From: Candidatus Latescibacterota bacterium
GTDB lineage: Bacteria > Latescibacterota > UBA2968 > UBA8231
Reading direction: 5' to 3'
Assembly (NCBI GenBank): GCA_965208105.1
Contig: OZ242318.1
Location: forward strand, 4,448,001 to 4,512,000
DNA: 64,000 nt
How positions within the stretch are numbered: the stretch's first letter is position 1; the number at the start of each line of letters is the position of its first letter. Below, in pieces: positions 29,963-39,242 of the stretch. The notes below the pieces were generated by a model, which saw nothing but the letters and a program-made list of their open reading frames with translations, searched no databases and was not told the origin of the DNA. The translations under genes and the position numbers were made by a program.

Positions 29963-30715
29963 CTATCCTTGTATGGCAATTGACTTGGCAATTAAGAGTG
30001 TGGGAACGATGCTCTCTCGGCATTTCACGTTCCCATCTAAAACAGGATCGAGGGGCTCAGAGATCTCCACGAGTTGGAACCCACTGGTGGACAAGGTGTT
30101 GAGATAGGTTGAAAGGGTTCGGTGGTGGCTGCCAAGCCTTCCACACATCCCGCTCCCGTCCGAGAACCATTTGCCTTCAAGGCCATACCGAGTAACACGC
30201 AATGCCTTGAAATTACCTCCCTCGTCAAATTCTTCAGAAGGACTGTCTGCATTAAATGGTGTGAAAAAGCAGGGGTGGAGAATAGAAAAGACGAACCTTC
30301 CACCGTCGACAAGAACTCGACGGACACTGGACATTGTTGCCGATAGATCAGGTATATCCATAAGAACCATGTTACAAATCACCGCATCCAGACTTGCCTC
30401 GGATACCTGGCTCATCGACTGGGCATCGTCCAAAAAATATGTGATGTCAAGCTGACTCGAATGCTCCTTTGCATGCCGCAGCAGATTCCGAGAGATGTCC
30501 ACACCCGAAACAAGTGCCCCTCGGCTTGCAAGGATACGAGACAGATACCCATCACCACATCCCAGGTCGCAAACTTTGACCCCCTGAACATTCCCCAGCA
30601 TAGCAAGCATGATTTCTATCGATGGCTGGATATGCCTGTCCCTGTCGGGCAGGTTCTTGTCGAGCCAGTTAAAATAAAAATCGCCTGCCTTGTCATATTC
30701 GGAGTCAAATGACAT
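29963..30715 (-). CDS. Class I SAM-dependent methyltransferase
   Basis: DLGCGDG, GVDIS, GGRFVFSILHPCF. Confidence 0.88.
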   Translation of the reverse strand: MSFDSEYDKAGDFYFNWLDKNLPDRDRHIQPSIEIMLAMLGNVQGVKVCDLGCGDGYLSRILASRGALVSGVDISRNLLRHAKEHSSQLDITYFLDDAQSMSQVSEASLDAVICNMVLMDIPDLSATMSSVRRVLVDGGRFVFSILHPCFFTPFNADSPSEEFDEGGNFKALRVTRYGLEGKWFSDGSGMCGRLGSHHRTLSTYLNTLSTSGFQLVEISEPLDPVLDGNVKCRESIVPTLLIAKSIAIQG

Positions 30716-30758
30716 ATGGAAGTCCCAGAACAATACCGAAACAAGAGGTTCAGATAAG

Positions 30759-31370
30759 CTAATCAGACCGCACCACGGCGAGGCGAACCCCCAGTGAAAT
30801 CAGGAGCCCGCCCCCAATCCGCTCAAGCAGCAAAGCTGCCCGGTTGCCGACCACAATGCCGGCACGGAAGGCTCCCAGCGCGTAGACTGCCAACGAAACA
30901 AACTCAATGACAACTGAACTGAAGCCGAGGACCAGGATTTGGGTGGGAACAGAGCGAGCCGGATCAATGAACTGTGGCAGCAGCGCCATGAAGAACACAA
31001 GTGCTTTTGGATTGGCCCCTTGGACCACAAATCCTCGGAAAAACGACCGCGCAATTACCGCGGGACAGGGGTTTTGCTCAGAGGAATTTCGCGATAGAAG
31101 CAATCGCAGCCCGAGCCATAGGAGGTAGGCTGCTCCAATCCACCTGAGGAGGATGAACAGCTCATGTGAGGCTGACAGAGCTGCTGCGACTCCGCTCGCG
31201 GACAGGGCAAAATACAGGGCATTAGCCGTCAAGACACCAAACACCGCCCCGATACTTGGACGCAGGCCACGCCTCATGGCGAGCGTGACGACCAACAAGA
31301 CGGCCGGACCTGGAGTGAAACAGAGAACAGCCTCCGTAATACAGAAAGCTATCCAGGCTTCAACCGACAT
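30759..31370 (-). CDS. LysE/RhtB family exporter
   Basis: TPGPAV, GAAYLLWLG, NPKALVFF. Confidence 0.9.
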   Translation of the reverse strand: MSVEAWIAFCITEAVLCFTPGPAVLLVVTLAMRRGLRPSIGAVFGVLTANALYFALSASGVAAALSASHELFILLRWIGAAYLLWLGLRLLLSRNSSEQNPCPAVIARSFFRGFVVQGANPKALVFFMALLPQFIDPARSVPTQILVLGFSSVVIEFVSLAVYALGAFRAGIVVGNRAALLLERIGGGLLISLGVRLAVVRSD

Positions 31371-31376
31371 TATACT

Positions 31377-31502
31377 TAAAAGGGTCCATCAGGCTACGAC
31401 GATGTCGCCCCTCTTGATCGAATCGAACCAAAATGAGATGATCTTTCCTTTTTCATTGGAGCAAACAGGCTGGAAATTAACCCCCCTTGGACGGACCCTT
31501 TA
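31377..31502. repeat. Intergenic element bounded by short inverted repeats (possible MITE)
   Basis: AAAGGGTCCATC ... GACGGACCCTTT (11/12 match). Confidence 0.35.
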
Positions 31503-31519
31503 TAGTTCCCGTCGCACAC

Positions 31520-32212
31520 TCATGGCCTGACAAGCTCAATGACCATGAGGAATGGAACATTATGCCATTTGCTCCGAGGATTACCGGGGTCGTCCGTATG
31601 GGGAGGGAGATCCACCAATGTGCGCAGAAGCAGGCCGTTTTCTCGGAAAGCGTCGATATACTCGGCCATGGTTCTATGGTAGTAATACACCTTAACGCCT
31701 GCATTGGCCATTCCCTGGTAAAGCACAGAGGTTCCAGATTGGAAATAGCTTGAGGCTTTCTCCCGAAATACCGCGGAATATGGGTTGTTCAGTGAGAAAA
31801 TCAACCGCCCTCCTGGCTTCGTAACCGATGCAAGAGTCCGAATGAATCCTTTGTAATCTGGCACGTCATTTAGCACATAGTTGCTGACTACAAGGTCGAA
31901 TCGGCCCTTGAAGTCAGGCAGCGGCTGGCTAAGATCAGCCACTCGAAAATCGATCTGCCCTTCAGGATCCTTGCTTCTACCGATTTCGACCAGCGGCTTC
32001 GAAATGTCGATTGCGGTTACTTTCGCACCACGAGAAATTAGAACACGTGCCGCGAATCCTTCCCCACACCCTGCGTCAAGCACATGCAGCCCTTCCACCT
32101 CGCCGATGAGATCGAAGAACTGCCTCGAGTCTCCTTCAAGGCCGTTCTCGTCTCGAGAGCCGAATACTGCCGAATATTCCTGGGCAAACTGGTCGTAGGT
32201 ATTGCGATTCAA
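31520..32212 (-). CDS. Class I SAM-dependent methyltransferase
   Basis: VLDAGCGEG, KPGGRLIFS; TTG start. Confidence 0.88.
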   Translation of the reverse strand: MNRNTYDQFAQEYSAVFGSRDENGLEGDSRQFFDLIGEVEGLHVLDAGCGEGFAARVLISRGAKVTAIDISKPLVEIGRSKDPEGQIDFRVADLSQPLPDFKGRFDLVVSNYVLNDVPDYKGFIRTLASVTKPGGRLIFSLNNPYSAVFREKASSYFQSGTSVLYQGMANAGVKVYYYHRTMAEYIDAFRENGLLLRTLVDLPPHTDDPGNPRSKWHNVPFLMVIELVRP

Positions 32213-32330
32213 TTTTTGGATCTCAAGCTGTAAAAAAATTATTTCTTCCCTGGTACGCGTTTTCGGCAGATGCGAAGCTCACTCAATGTGGATAATTCAA
32301 GATGGAGTTTATTGCCCTTGGGCCAGGCTT

Positions 32331-32424
32331 AAATAACGTCGCCAGTTTGCGAACCCCGAGCCTGTCGAGGGTTTGCAGTAGGGTCAAGCCGCCTTGCCCC
32401 GCTGCGGAAACCACGGGGTTATCG
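32331..32424 (-). repeat. attC-like site
   Basis: Coding strand CGATAAC-N5-GGTTTCCG ... CGCAAACT-N6-GTTATTT. Confidence 0.78.
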
Positions 32425-32436
32425 TCAGTTACCTCG

Positions 32437-32868
32437 TTAGTGCTTCTCACCACTCTTCCTCAACATGATTATCGTAGAATGGCCCATTGTTGTGTACTTC
32501 TCCAATCTTTTCACCAGAAACCCCGGTGCCGCAGCTGGATCAAGTTCTTCAAAGCCAATAGTGCCGTAGAATCTCTTCAGGTGGCCATGCGGCAGGCAAT
32601 AGCAGTTGTCCTCAGATAAGTAGGGTACTGCCACCTCCAGGAGCCTGCTGCCAATCCCTTGCCGCTGCAGAGAGGTCAGAACCCTCACGCCTCTGAGGAC
32701 CAGGGTGCCGGCCTCGCGGCAGAGTCGCAAGGCCCCAACGATCCTGTCTCCCTGCTGGGCAACAACCACCCAATCATGCTCTGTCAAAACTCCGTTGTAT
32801 CCCACCTCCTGGTAGAAACGGGTAACCCGGGGAAATTCAGCAGGCGCGACAGGCCGAACGGTAGTCAT
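32437..32868 (-). CDS. GNAT acetyltransferase
   Basis: LQRQGIGSRLL, FYGTIGF. Confidence 0.85.
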   Translation of the reverse strand: MTTVRPVAPAEFPRVTRFYQEVGYNGVLTEHDWVVVAQQGDRIVGALRLCREAGTLVLRGVRVLTSLQRQGIGSRLLEVAVPYLSEDNCYCLPHGHLKRFYGTIGFEELDPAAAPGFLVKRLEKYTTMGHSTIIMLRKSGEKH

Positions 32869-32914
32869 GTCATCTGGGGGACAATTATTTTCAAACTAGA
32901 GATAAAGTTCCATT

Positions 32915-33256
32915 TCAGCCACCATCCTTTTCCAGGGAGAGATCCACGAGTAATTGCAATTCTGTCACTGATCCTCGAACCCAGGTATCTCTCTTGAACT
33001 GTTGGTGGTATGCATCAATATCGTGCATGGATTCCTTCCCCACCTGTTTTGCCCGTTGCATATCTTCCGTTCTCATGTAGGAAAGCAGGTAGTCCTCGCC
33101 TTTCAGCGAAAGAAGAAACCAGGACTCGACCTCCATTCCTTCGGCGCGCAAGGTGGCGAGAGCTTCATCTCTCCGGCTGTTTATACTCCCAGCCCACTCC
33201 GACACCCTGTCCCCGGAATCTTCTTTCAGCTTGACCAGGTAGGCCTTGACGTCCAT
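32915..33256 (-). CDS. DUF6176-like small protein
   Basis: EALATLRAEGMEVESWF...HDIDAYHQQFK. Confidence 0.6.
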   Translation of the reverse strand: MDVKAYLVKLKEDSGDRVSEWAGSINSRRDEALATLRAEGMEVESWFLLSLKGEDYLLSYMRTEDMQRAKQVGKESMHDIDAYHQQFKRDTWVRGSVTELQLLVDLSLEKDGG

Positions 33257-33294
33257 GGTCGCCTCCGTCATGAAGTCAAAAAATTTCGCGGTTG

Positions 33295-33381
33295 AATTAA
33301 CTGTCGCCGGTTTGCGAACACTCGAAGCAGGTCGGCGAAGGTCTAGAGGAGGAATGTGGCGCTGGGCAAAATGGCTTATAG
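33295..33381 (-). repeat. attC-like site, one arm eroded
   Basis: + strand AATTAAC-TGTC-GCCGGTTTGCGAAC matches the family end block. Confidence 0.55.
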
Positions 33382-33435
33382 ACGACGCAAAATTATCGAG
33401 AACCCAAATGCAAAGGATCAACCTTCTGACCCTTC

Positions 33436-34416
33436 TCAATCGAGAATCAGTGACTTGATTTCTGCCCAGCCTGTAATGTACCTGGTTTCACCTGGTGGCG
33501 TTCCTTGGAGAGCGGGTGACCACATTGGTCGCCGTCCAGGGGTAAGGACCCTACTACTGGTTCCGTCTGAGCTGATGACATGTAACATCGACTTTTCACT
33601 TCCAGCCTCAGGCTGTATGGCAACCGCGATCCACTGACCGTCGGGGGACCATGAGAGTTCCTGTGGCTTCGATCGTACGTTCCCCTCTAGCAACTGGATT
33701 TCCACATTGGTTGAAAGATCAATAACGAACAAGCCCGGCTGTTGGTATGATGCATCTGTAAAGCCACGCGTGTAAGCTAATCGATTACCCTCAGGCGACC
33801 ACGCTCCATAGGTTGCCCATGTACGAATGAATCTGGTCTGTCCTGTGGAAACATCCAGTGCGTGCAGATCGTGCCAACCGTCGTCTCCTGTCCGGACCAG
33901 TACCTCGGTTTGGTTCGGAGCGAAAGGAGACCCAGACGAGTCCTCGACCCACCCATGTTTAAAAATCCATCTGTCCTCACTCCCTTCGATCGACCGCACA
34001 TACAGGTTTGTTGAAAAAGGTCCGGCACTGAGGTGATACAATAGCCTGTCACTGTTTGGAATCCACACCGGTTTATAGCCGCGACCCAACTCTCTCTCCT
34101 TCCCAGTTGCAACATCAATTAAGGACAGCGTGCTCCAACTTTCAGTTATTTGCTCAATAGCCAGTAGTTTGCCGTCACTCGAAAGTGATGCATGCCAGCC
34201 CCCACGGAAAGTTTTGGTAGCACCAAATCTTCCCAGGAGGATCGAAGTTCCGGCATCTCGAGCAAGTAAAATTCGAATTCCATCCGGAAGCCAGTGATAG
34301 AATCGGCCCTCACCGATTTTGGCCTGGCCGGTACCGTCCGGATTGATGATGTTCAGTCCATCTCTTTCGTACAGAATCTGGCTACCTGCGGGGTTGCAGA
34401 TCCCCAAGGAGGACAT
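33436..34416 (-). CDS. TolB-like beta-propeller (PD40 repeats) secreted protein
   Basis: WLPDG, WSPEG, WSPDG repeats; C-terminal TGWAEIKS; start uncertain (ORF open to 34650). Confidence 0.75.
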   Translation of the reverse strand: MSSLGICNPAGSQILYERDGLNIINPDGTGQAKIGEGRFYHWLPDGIRILLARDAGTSILLGRFGATKTFRGGWHASLSSDGKLLAIEQITESWSTLSLIDVATGKERELGRGYKPVWIPNSDRLLYHLSAGPFSTNLYVRSIEGSEDRWIFKHGWVEDSSGSPFAPNQTEVLVRTGDDGWHDLHALDVSTGQTRFIRTWATYGAWSPEGNRLAYTRGFTDASYQQPGLFVIDLSTNVEIQLLEGNVRSKPQELSWSPDGQWIAVAIQPEAGSEKSMLHVISSDGTSSRVLTPGRRPMWSPALQGTPPGETRYITGWAEIKSLILD

Positions 34417-34804
34417 GGTGCCGAAAATAATCGCAAATCGTCTAATTAATCTGATTTGTGAATTACCTGGGCTGCGTGCCAAACCCCTAAGGAATCTCCG
34501 TGACAGAATAGGGATGGATGTCGAATGACGATCCCGGTAGGTAGACCAGGCAAGGGGATTCCGAAGCTCCCGGTGGCGAGTGTCCCCCTGCGGAAACCTG
34601 CTTTCAACTGACCTGGCCATCTTGCCCCTTTCATGAGAACCTCCAATCAATTCTTGTACGAGGGCCAGGTTTGCAAAGCCGAATCAATTTCGCACCGCAG
34701 CAAGCCGAGCTGGTCCAGGCTGGCTTGTGCAAGAAGCGAGAAAATACGGTCCCTTCCACATCTGTCGGCCCATTGAAATCACGAGGCTCCCGTGTGGCCA
34801 TCCT

Positions 34805-36412
34805 TCATCGCGAGTGAGCGTAATCGCATTGTCCCGACACCAGGTCATAGGGAATATGGAGCAGCATTCCCGGGCCGTACTTTTCGCCTTCCGGGTATCC
34901 CCGGGCACCCGTCACCAGATGGTGTGAGCCAATGGCATAATAGATTCCATCGTAGGGCCCCTCCTCCTTTACGATGGTAAGCTGGCCCGACCCTGGGCCG
35001 GGAACGAGCCTTTCTTCGAATAGAACATCGAAGAGACCGGCCCCATCGCGTCCGAGAGCGGAGAAATAGGCGCCGCGGTCGTTGCCTGTAGTGGCGAAGA
35101 ACACGGCGCGGCCGCTTGGGTCTGGCTCAATCTGCAGATTGACACCTCCCGATGCCGGCAAGCCCGTGTCCGCAGCCTCCTCCATCGAAAGGTGGTCTCC
35201 GAACCGGTCACCCAAGCGGTTGATCCACTTGACGTCACCCGCGTGATCCGAGAAAACGATAGGGGTGCCGCCACTCCAACTGGTCATCCAGATGCCATGG
35301 CTGTTGACTCCAAGTTGCATCGGACCTGAAGGAATGCCGCCAGTCGGTTCGCCGTTTTGCACCTTGATCAGGGTAAAATATTCAGTGACGTCGATCTCGC
35401 GAACAATCTCTCCCGTTTCCTTGCTCCTGGCCTCCACCGTACACACAGGATCGCCGATCACCTTACCTTGGTGTGCGGCGTAAACCACGTCGCCCCAGGG
35501 TTTGATGTCCATGATCCGGTTTTCCTTGTTGCGGGCGAATCCGTTATCGGCAAAAGTAGGGTCCCGGATCCAACGCCTGGCGGCGCGATAGATGCGCATC
35601 TTGTAGAGCCCACCTCGTTCGGCATCCAGTCGGGCGAGGTGCGGCTGGCCATGGTGCCCCCTGTGGGTCGTCCAGTACACCTCGGTATCCAGGTCGTCGA
35701 GCTGCATGCTCATGGTGCGGGCGCCGTCGAAGTCCAGGACCTCGTTGTAGGACCAACGCTCCCAGGCCGTCGGATCGGCAATGTAGTCCGTTCCCAGGGT
35801 GCCGCGAATCATATCGCCGGCTCGGTGACCGCGCTCGTCCAGCTGCCGTTCACATTCCTGAATCCAGATTTCCGGCGGATCGTGCCGCGTATCGATCAGA
35901 GTGCGGCCAAATCCCGTGCGGGCAGCCGGGCCCGCGAGGGCCGGCTTGTCGAGATTGTTGACGGCGATGAGGTCGAACTCGTATATCCCGTAGGCCAGGT
36001 CGCGGCCGAGCCAATCCTTTCCATTCCATTGCAGCGAATGCGAGCCTGCTTCGAATGCCAGGCCTGGAGATACGAACACGAGAAGATCCTGCGGTCCCGT
36101 GCTCACCCACGCACCCCACGGTCCCCTCGGCCCCGTTCTCGAAGAAAATTGATACACCGCAAGCCACACGGTTGCGCGTTGATTCAGGGTAAAAGGAAAC
36201 TCTGGGGAATGGTGGTCATGCCAGGTGACATCGCTTGTGGTCAAGCGCAGCGGCTGAAACTCGCCCGACACATCGGGTTGCTGAAACTCACCCTTCGGGG
36301 CCGGAGGTTGCGGATACTGGACGGTCTGGTATTCGGGAATCACCACCACCTGTGCCGAAAGATTTCGAGCAGTGAGCGGCAGGCAGAGGGCCAGAAGCAA
36401 CAACCACTGCAT
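34805..36412 (-). CDS. Secreted hypothetical protein with FlgD-like Ig module
   Basis: Signal peptide MQWLLLLALCL; FTLNQRATVWLAVY...GSHSLQWNGKD...GIYEF. Confidence 0.62.
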   Translation of the reverse strand: MQWLLLLALCLPLTARNLSAQVVVIPEYQTVQYPQPPAPKGEFQQPDVSGEFQPLRLTTSDVTWHDHHSPEFPFTLNQRATVWLAVYQFSSRTGPRGPWGAWVSTGPQDLLVFVSPGLAFEAGSHSLQWNGKDWLGRDLAYGIYEFDLIAVNNLDKPALAGPAARTGFGRTLIDTRHDPPEIWIQECERQLDERGHRAGDMIRGTLGTDYIADPTAWERWSYNEVLDFDGARTMSMQLDDLDTEVYWTTHRGHHGQPHLARLDAERGGLYKMRIYRAARRWIRDPTFADNGFARNKENRIMDIKPWGDVVYAAHQGKVIGDPVCTVEARSKETGEIVREIDVTEYFTLIKVQNGEPTGGIPSGPMQLGVNSHGIWMTSWSGGTPIVFSDHAGDVKWINRLGDRFGDHLSMEEAADTGLPASGGVNLQIEPDPSGRAVFFATTGNDRGAYFSALGRDGAGLFDVLFEERLVPGPGSGQLTIVKEEGPYDGIYYAIGSHHLVTGARGYPEGEKYGPGMLLHIPYDLVSGQCDYAHSR

Positions 36413-36492
36413 ACAAACATTCCTCCGGGACAGCGAATACCAGGGAGTCCGCTGAAGATAGGATTTATGTTCTGCCAAATGTCGCCGATAGT

Positions 36493-37242
36493 TCATGACA
36501 CCTCCTTGTGCGCGAGAGCAATCAGCAGCTTTGAGCCAGTCCCATACGCACTCCCATCCAAGTCCCCATACAGTTGCGTATTGGCAAACCCGGCTTGCGA
36601 GAGTCGGTCCTTCAACTCCTGGCCTGAGTACAAGGTGTGGTGAAACTTGAAAGACCTTACCTGCTGGTCCCGGACCAGGAGCCACTCGACTCGAATCCTT
36701 GTCCAATCATCGAAGATCTCCCGGCGTTGAACGATCAACGTCCCGTCGGGATACACTTCCGAGTTGGCCGCGGAGAATTCTCTGGCCAACACCTCTTTCC
36801 CTTTCATCTCCATGACGAGGACTCCGCCGGGTCTGAGACTCTCGTAAATATTGCTGAGCACTCGCAGGTCCTCGTCCTTGTCATCGAAATAGCCGAAGGA
36901 CGTAAACATGTTGAGCACGAGGTCGTAGGATGAGGGCCGCACGAAACGACGCATGTCTTCCTGCACAAACTCGAGGTCCAATTTCCGCTCGCTTGCCCGC
37001 GCCTTTGCTTTTTGCAGTAGGAACGTTGTAGAGTCTACGCCCGTTACGGAGAAACCACGCTCGGCCAGGACCGTGGAGTGTCGGCCGGGGCCGCAGCACA
37101 AATCGAGGATATGAGTCCCGCCGAACGCCACCAGCGAAAGAATCTTGTCGACTTGACCATCCGCAGATTGAAATCGATCTTCCGGGAACATATAGGGATA
37201 CATTTCCCTCCAGAAGTCTTCGTTTTCAAACCATTCGGACAT
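36493..37242 (-). CDS. Class I SAM-dependent methyltransferase
   Basis: ILDLCCGPGRH, DMR, FTSFGYF, LRPGG. Confidence 0.9.
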   Translation of the reverse strand: MSEWFENEDFWREMYPYMFPEDRFQSADGQVDKILSLVAFGGTHILDLCCGPGRHSTVLAERGFSVTGVDSTTFLLQKAKARASERKLDLEFVQEDMRRFVRPSSYDLVLNMFTSFGYFDDKDEDLRVLSNIYESLRPGGVLVMEMKGKEVLAREFSAANSEVYPDGTLIVQRREIFDDWTRIRVEWLLVRDQQVRSFKFHHTLYSGQELKDRLSQAGFANTQLYGDLDGSAYGTGSKLLIALAHKEVS

Positions 37243-37271
37243 GGACCCTCCAGCGTCAGTCTAAGGACGAA

Positions 37272-37574
37272 CTAGTCGTCTTCGTATTTTGGATCGGGAT
37301 CCGCACCGGCGTTCAGGAGTGCTTCTACCATGTCGGCATTTCCCGCCTCCAGAGCGATGATCAATGCGGGCTCCCCGTCTTCGTTTACCGCATCGGGATC
37401 CGCACCCGACTTAAGGATCGTTTCTACCATATCGGTTTGTCCCGCCTCCACTGACTGTAGCATGGTACGGTTGTCGTCTGCACGCGTAACTTTCGTCTTC
37501 TCCTGCATGGTAGCGCAGGACGAGATCAGAGCAGAGGAACAGATCATCAATGTGAGACCACTTACCTTAGACAT
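37272..37574 (-). CDS. Ankyrin-repeat lipoprotein
   Basis: Lipobox-like ISSC; GADPD...G.PALI.A...G..DMVEALL.AGADP. Confidence 0.75.
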   Translation of the reverse strand: MSKVSGLTLMICSSALISSCATMQEKTKVTRADDNRTMLQSVEAGQTDMVETILKSGADPDAVNEDGEPALIIALEAGNADMVEALLNAGADPDPKYEDD

Positions 37575-37612
37575 TATTTACCTCCTAATTGGATGTCGAA
37601 ATCGGGCATTGC

Positions 37613-37697
37613 GCATAAGGTTTTCGCGGTGCCCGAACCACGAAGCGGTCAAGCGAAGGCGCGCCAGCGCCCAGGCCGCGGGCATGGGGAAATATAG
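37613..37697 (-). repeat. attC-like site, branched subtype (homolog of 42175-42258)
   Basis: GTGCCCG...CGGGCAT stem enclosing ACCACGAAGCGGT and GGCGCGCCAGCGCC hairpins. Confidence 0.6.
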
Positions 37698-37706
37698 GCC
37701 GTGTGG

Positions 37707-38522
37707 TTACTCGTGCGGAGCAACCAGTTTCTCCCTAAGTTTGATCGCCGTTTCGTACGCATCAGCGAGAAACTCAGTGGGCGGTTGAGCGGGATCCTGG
37801 GGCACTGCCTCAATCATGACTGGCCCCTGGTGCAATGTGGGGAATGCTGCCGAAACTGCATCCCAATCTACAATTCCTTCCGTCGGCAACCAGTGAACGT
37901 CGCTCTGTCCGTCGGTGTCTGAAAAGTGCGTCGTGATGAGACGATGGGCCCACTTGGCAAGCACTGCACTAGGGGTGCTGGAATACAAGTAGTCGTGTGA
38001 GCTGTCGTAGCACAAGCCCAGACTCTCCAGGGGAACTTCCTTTAGAATCAAGTCCAAGTGATCGGTTCCCCTTGTATTCTCAAGAGCCAACGCGATCCCG
38101 GCGTTTGCTGTCTCCTCGCCCAAGCGGCGAAAAATATCCAAGCCTTCCGCGTGCGGTGGAGGCGGTTCCGGTCCCCTGGTTACGTGAAGAACAATGCAGG
38201 AAATGGAATGCCGGCTGCAGTACTCTATTAACTCGAGGTTTTCATTAACTAACGCGTCGCGCTCGCTGGGTTTATCAGACCAGAAAGCATTTGCGTTTTC
38301 GTATGTTGCGTGGGCGTGATCGATGGTTAGCCCGGCATCTGCGGTCATCCCCGGCATCTCGTGAGCACGGCCAGATTCCACCAAGGGTTCCAAACTTCCC
38401 ATCCAGAGGAAGGTGTGACTGAAACCACTCTGCTTGATCAGCTTCAAGCGTTTGGCAAGAGGAAGTTGGTAGCCGAACCAGGAAAATGTTCCGAGAGATG
38501 TTGTGGCTTCACCTGAAGTCAT
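37707..38522 (-). CDS. Sugar phosphate isomerase/epimerase (TIM barrel)
   Basis: ALEN, CYDSSH, THFSD..G..DVHWLP..G.VDW. Confidence 0.85.
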   Translation of the reverse strand: MTSGEATTSLGTFSWFGYQLPLAKRLKLIKQSGFSHTFLWMGSLEPLVESGRAHEMPGMTADAGLTIDHAHATYENANAFWSDKPSERDALVNENLELIEYCSRHSISCIVLHVTRGPEPPPPHAEGLDIFRRLGEETANAGIALALENTRGTDHLDLILKEVPLESLGLCYDSSHDYLYSSTPSAVLAKWAHRLITTHFSDTDGQSDVHWLPTEGIVDWDAVSAAFPTLHQGPVMIEAVPQDPAQPPTEFLADAYETAIKLREKLVAPHE

Positions 38523-38535
38523 GAGTCGATACGGC

Positions 38536-38588
38536 GCCTAACTGTTCCGCCGCACGAACCCGAAGGTTCTGCGGCAACAGGATTGCAC
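38536..38588 (-). repeat. Short (~53 bp) attC-like site
   Basis: Perfect GTTAGGC core 14 bp upstream of the next ATG; GCCGCA/TGCGGC stem with GAACC-cgaa-GGTTC tip. Confidence 0.65.
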
Positions 38589-38615
38589 GGAAAGTAGATC
38601 GCCCATGGGCTGGAT

Positions 38616-39134
38616 TTAGTCACTCTTGGTCTGTCCATCCAACAGGGCGACCCCGAATTTCTGGTTCAGAGCCTCCATGTCCGCGAAATCACAGGGATGC
38701 AGTTCGTACCCGGAATGCGAACGCACCTGGTATTCAGGCGAGAGGCATCGTACCCTTCTTCCGCCGATCCATCCCGTGGAGTTCAATTCCGCTTTCGAGA
38801 TCACTTCATCGACCTCTCCTGGACCGTAGATGGCTCCTCCATTTCCAGAGAAAGAGATCACATGAAAGTCGATCGAGCCATGCGATCGGTGACTCATCAC
38901 GTAATTCCGGTCCTTGCGATCATCATCGTAGACATGGGAGAACCCCTTCTCCAGAAGCGCGTCAGTCAGCCGTTCGGAGTCTTCCCACCCAATAATGATG
39001 TCCAAATCTTCGTGGTCCCTGGTTTGCTCGCCCATCAATGCGTCGACGCCCCAACCGCCATCGATCCAAACCGTTATCCCAAGTTCATCAAATAGGTCCA
39101 AAAACCAATGGACATTGTGAATTGGCATTTGCAT
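38616..39134 (-). CDS. Lincosamide/aminoglycoside nucleotidyltransferase-like protein (Lnu/ANT(2'')-like)
   Basis: WIDGGWGVDALMGEQTRDHEDLDI, HSGYE. Confidence 0.85.
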   Translation of the reverse strand: MQMPIHNVHWFLDLFDELGITVWIDGGWGVDALMGEQTRDHEDLDIIIGWEDSERLTDALLEKGFSHVYDDDRKDRNYVMSHRSHGSIDFHVISFSGNGGAIYGPGEVDEVISKAELNSTGWIGGRRVRCLSPEYQVRSHSGYELHPCDFADMEALNQKFGVALLDGQTKSD

Positions 39135-39187
39135 GGATTGGGGGGTATCCTTCAAGGTTCTATAGTGTAATCAGGTAGCCTGGTCTG

Positions 39188-39242
39188 AAACAGCGTAAAC
39201 GGTTGCGCGCAGGTCTCCAAGCTGGATACCGTCGTGTCATGT
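39188..39242 (-). repeat. Short degenerate attC-like site overlapping upstream stop codon
   Basis: Coding strand TGAC-N5-GGTATCC...GCAACC-N6-GCTG; TGA is the stop of the preceding gene. Confidence 0.4.
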
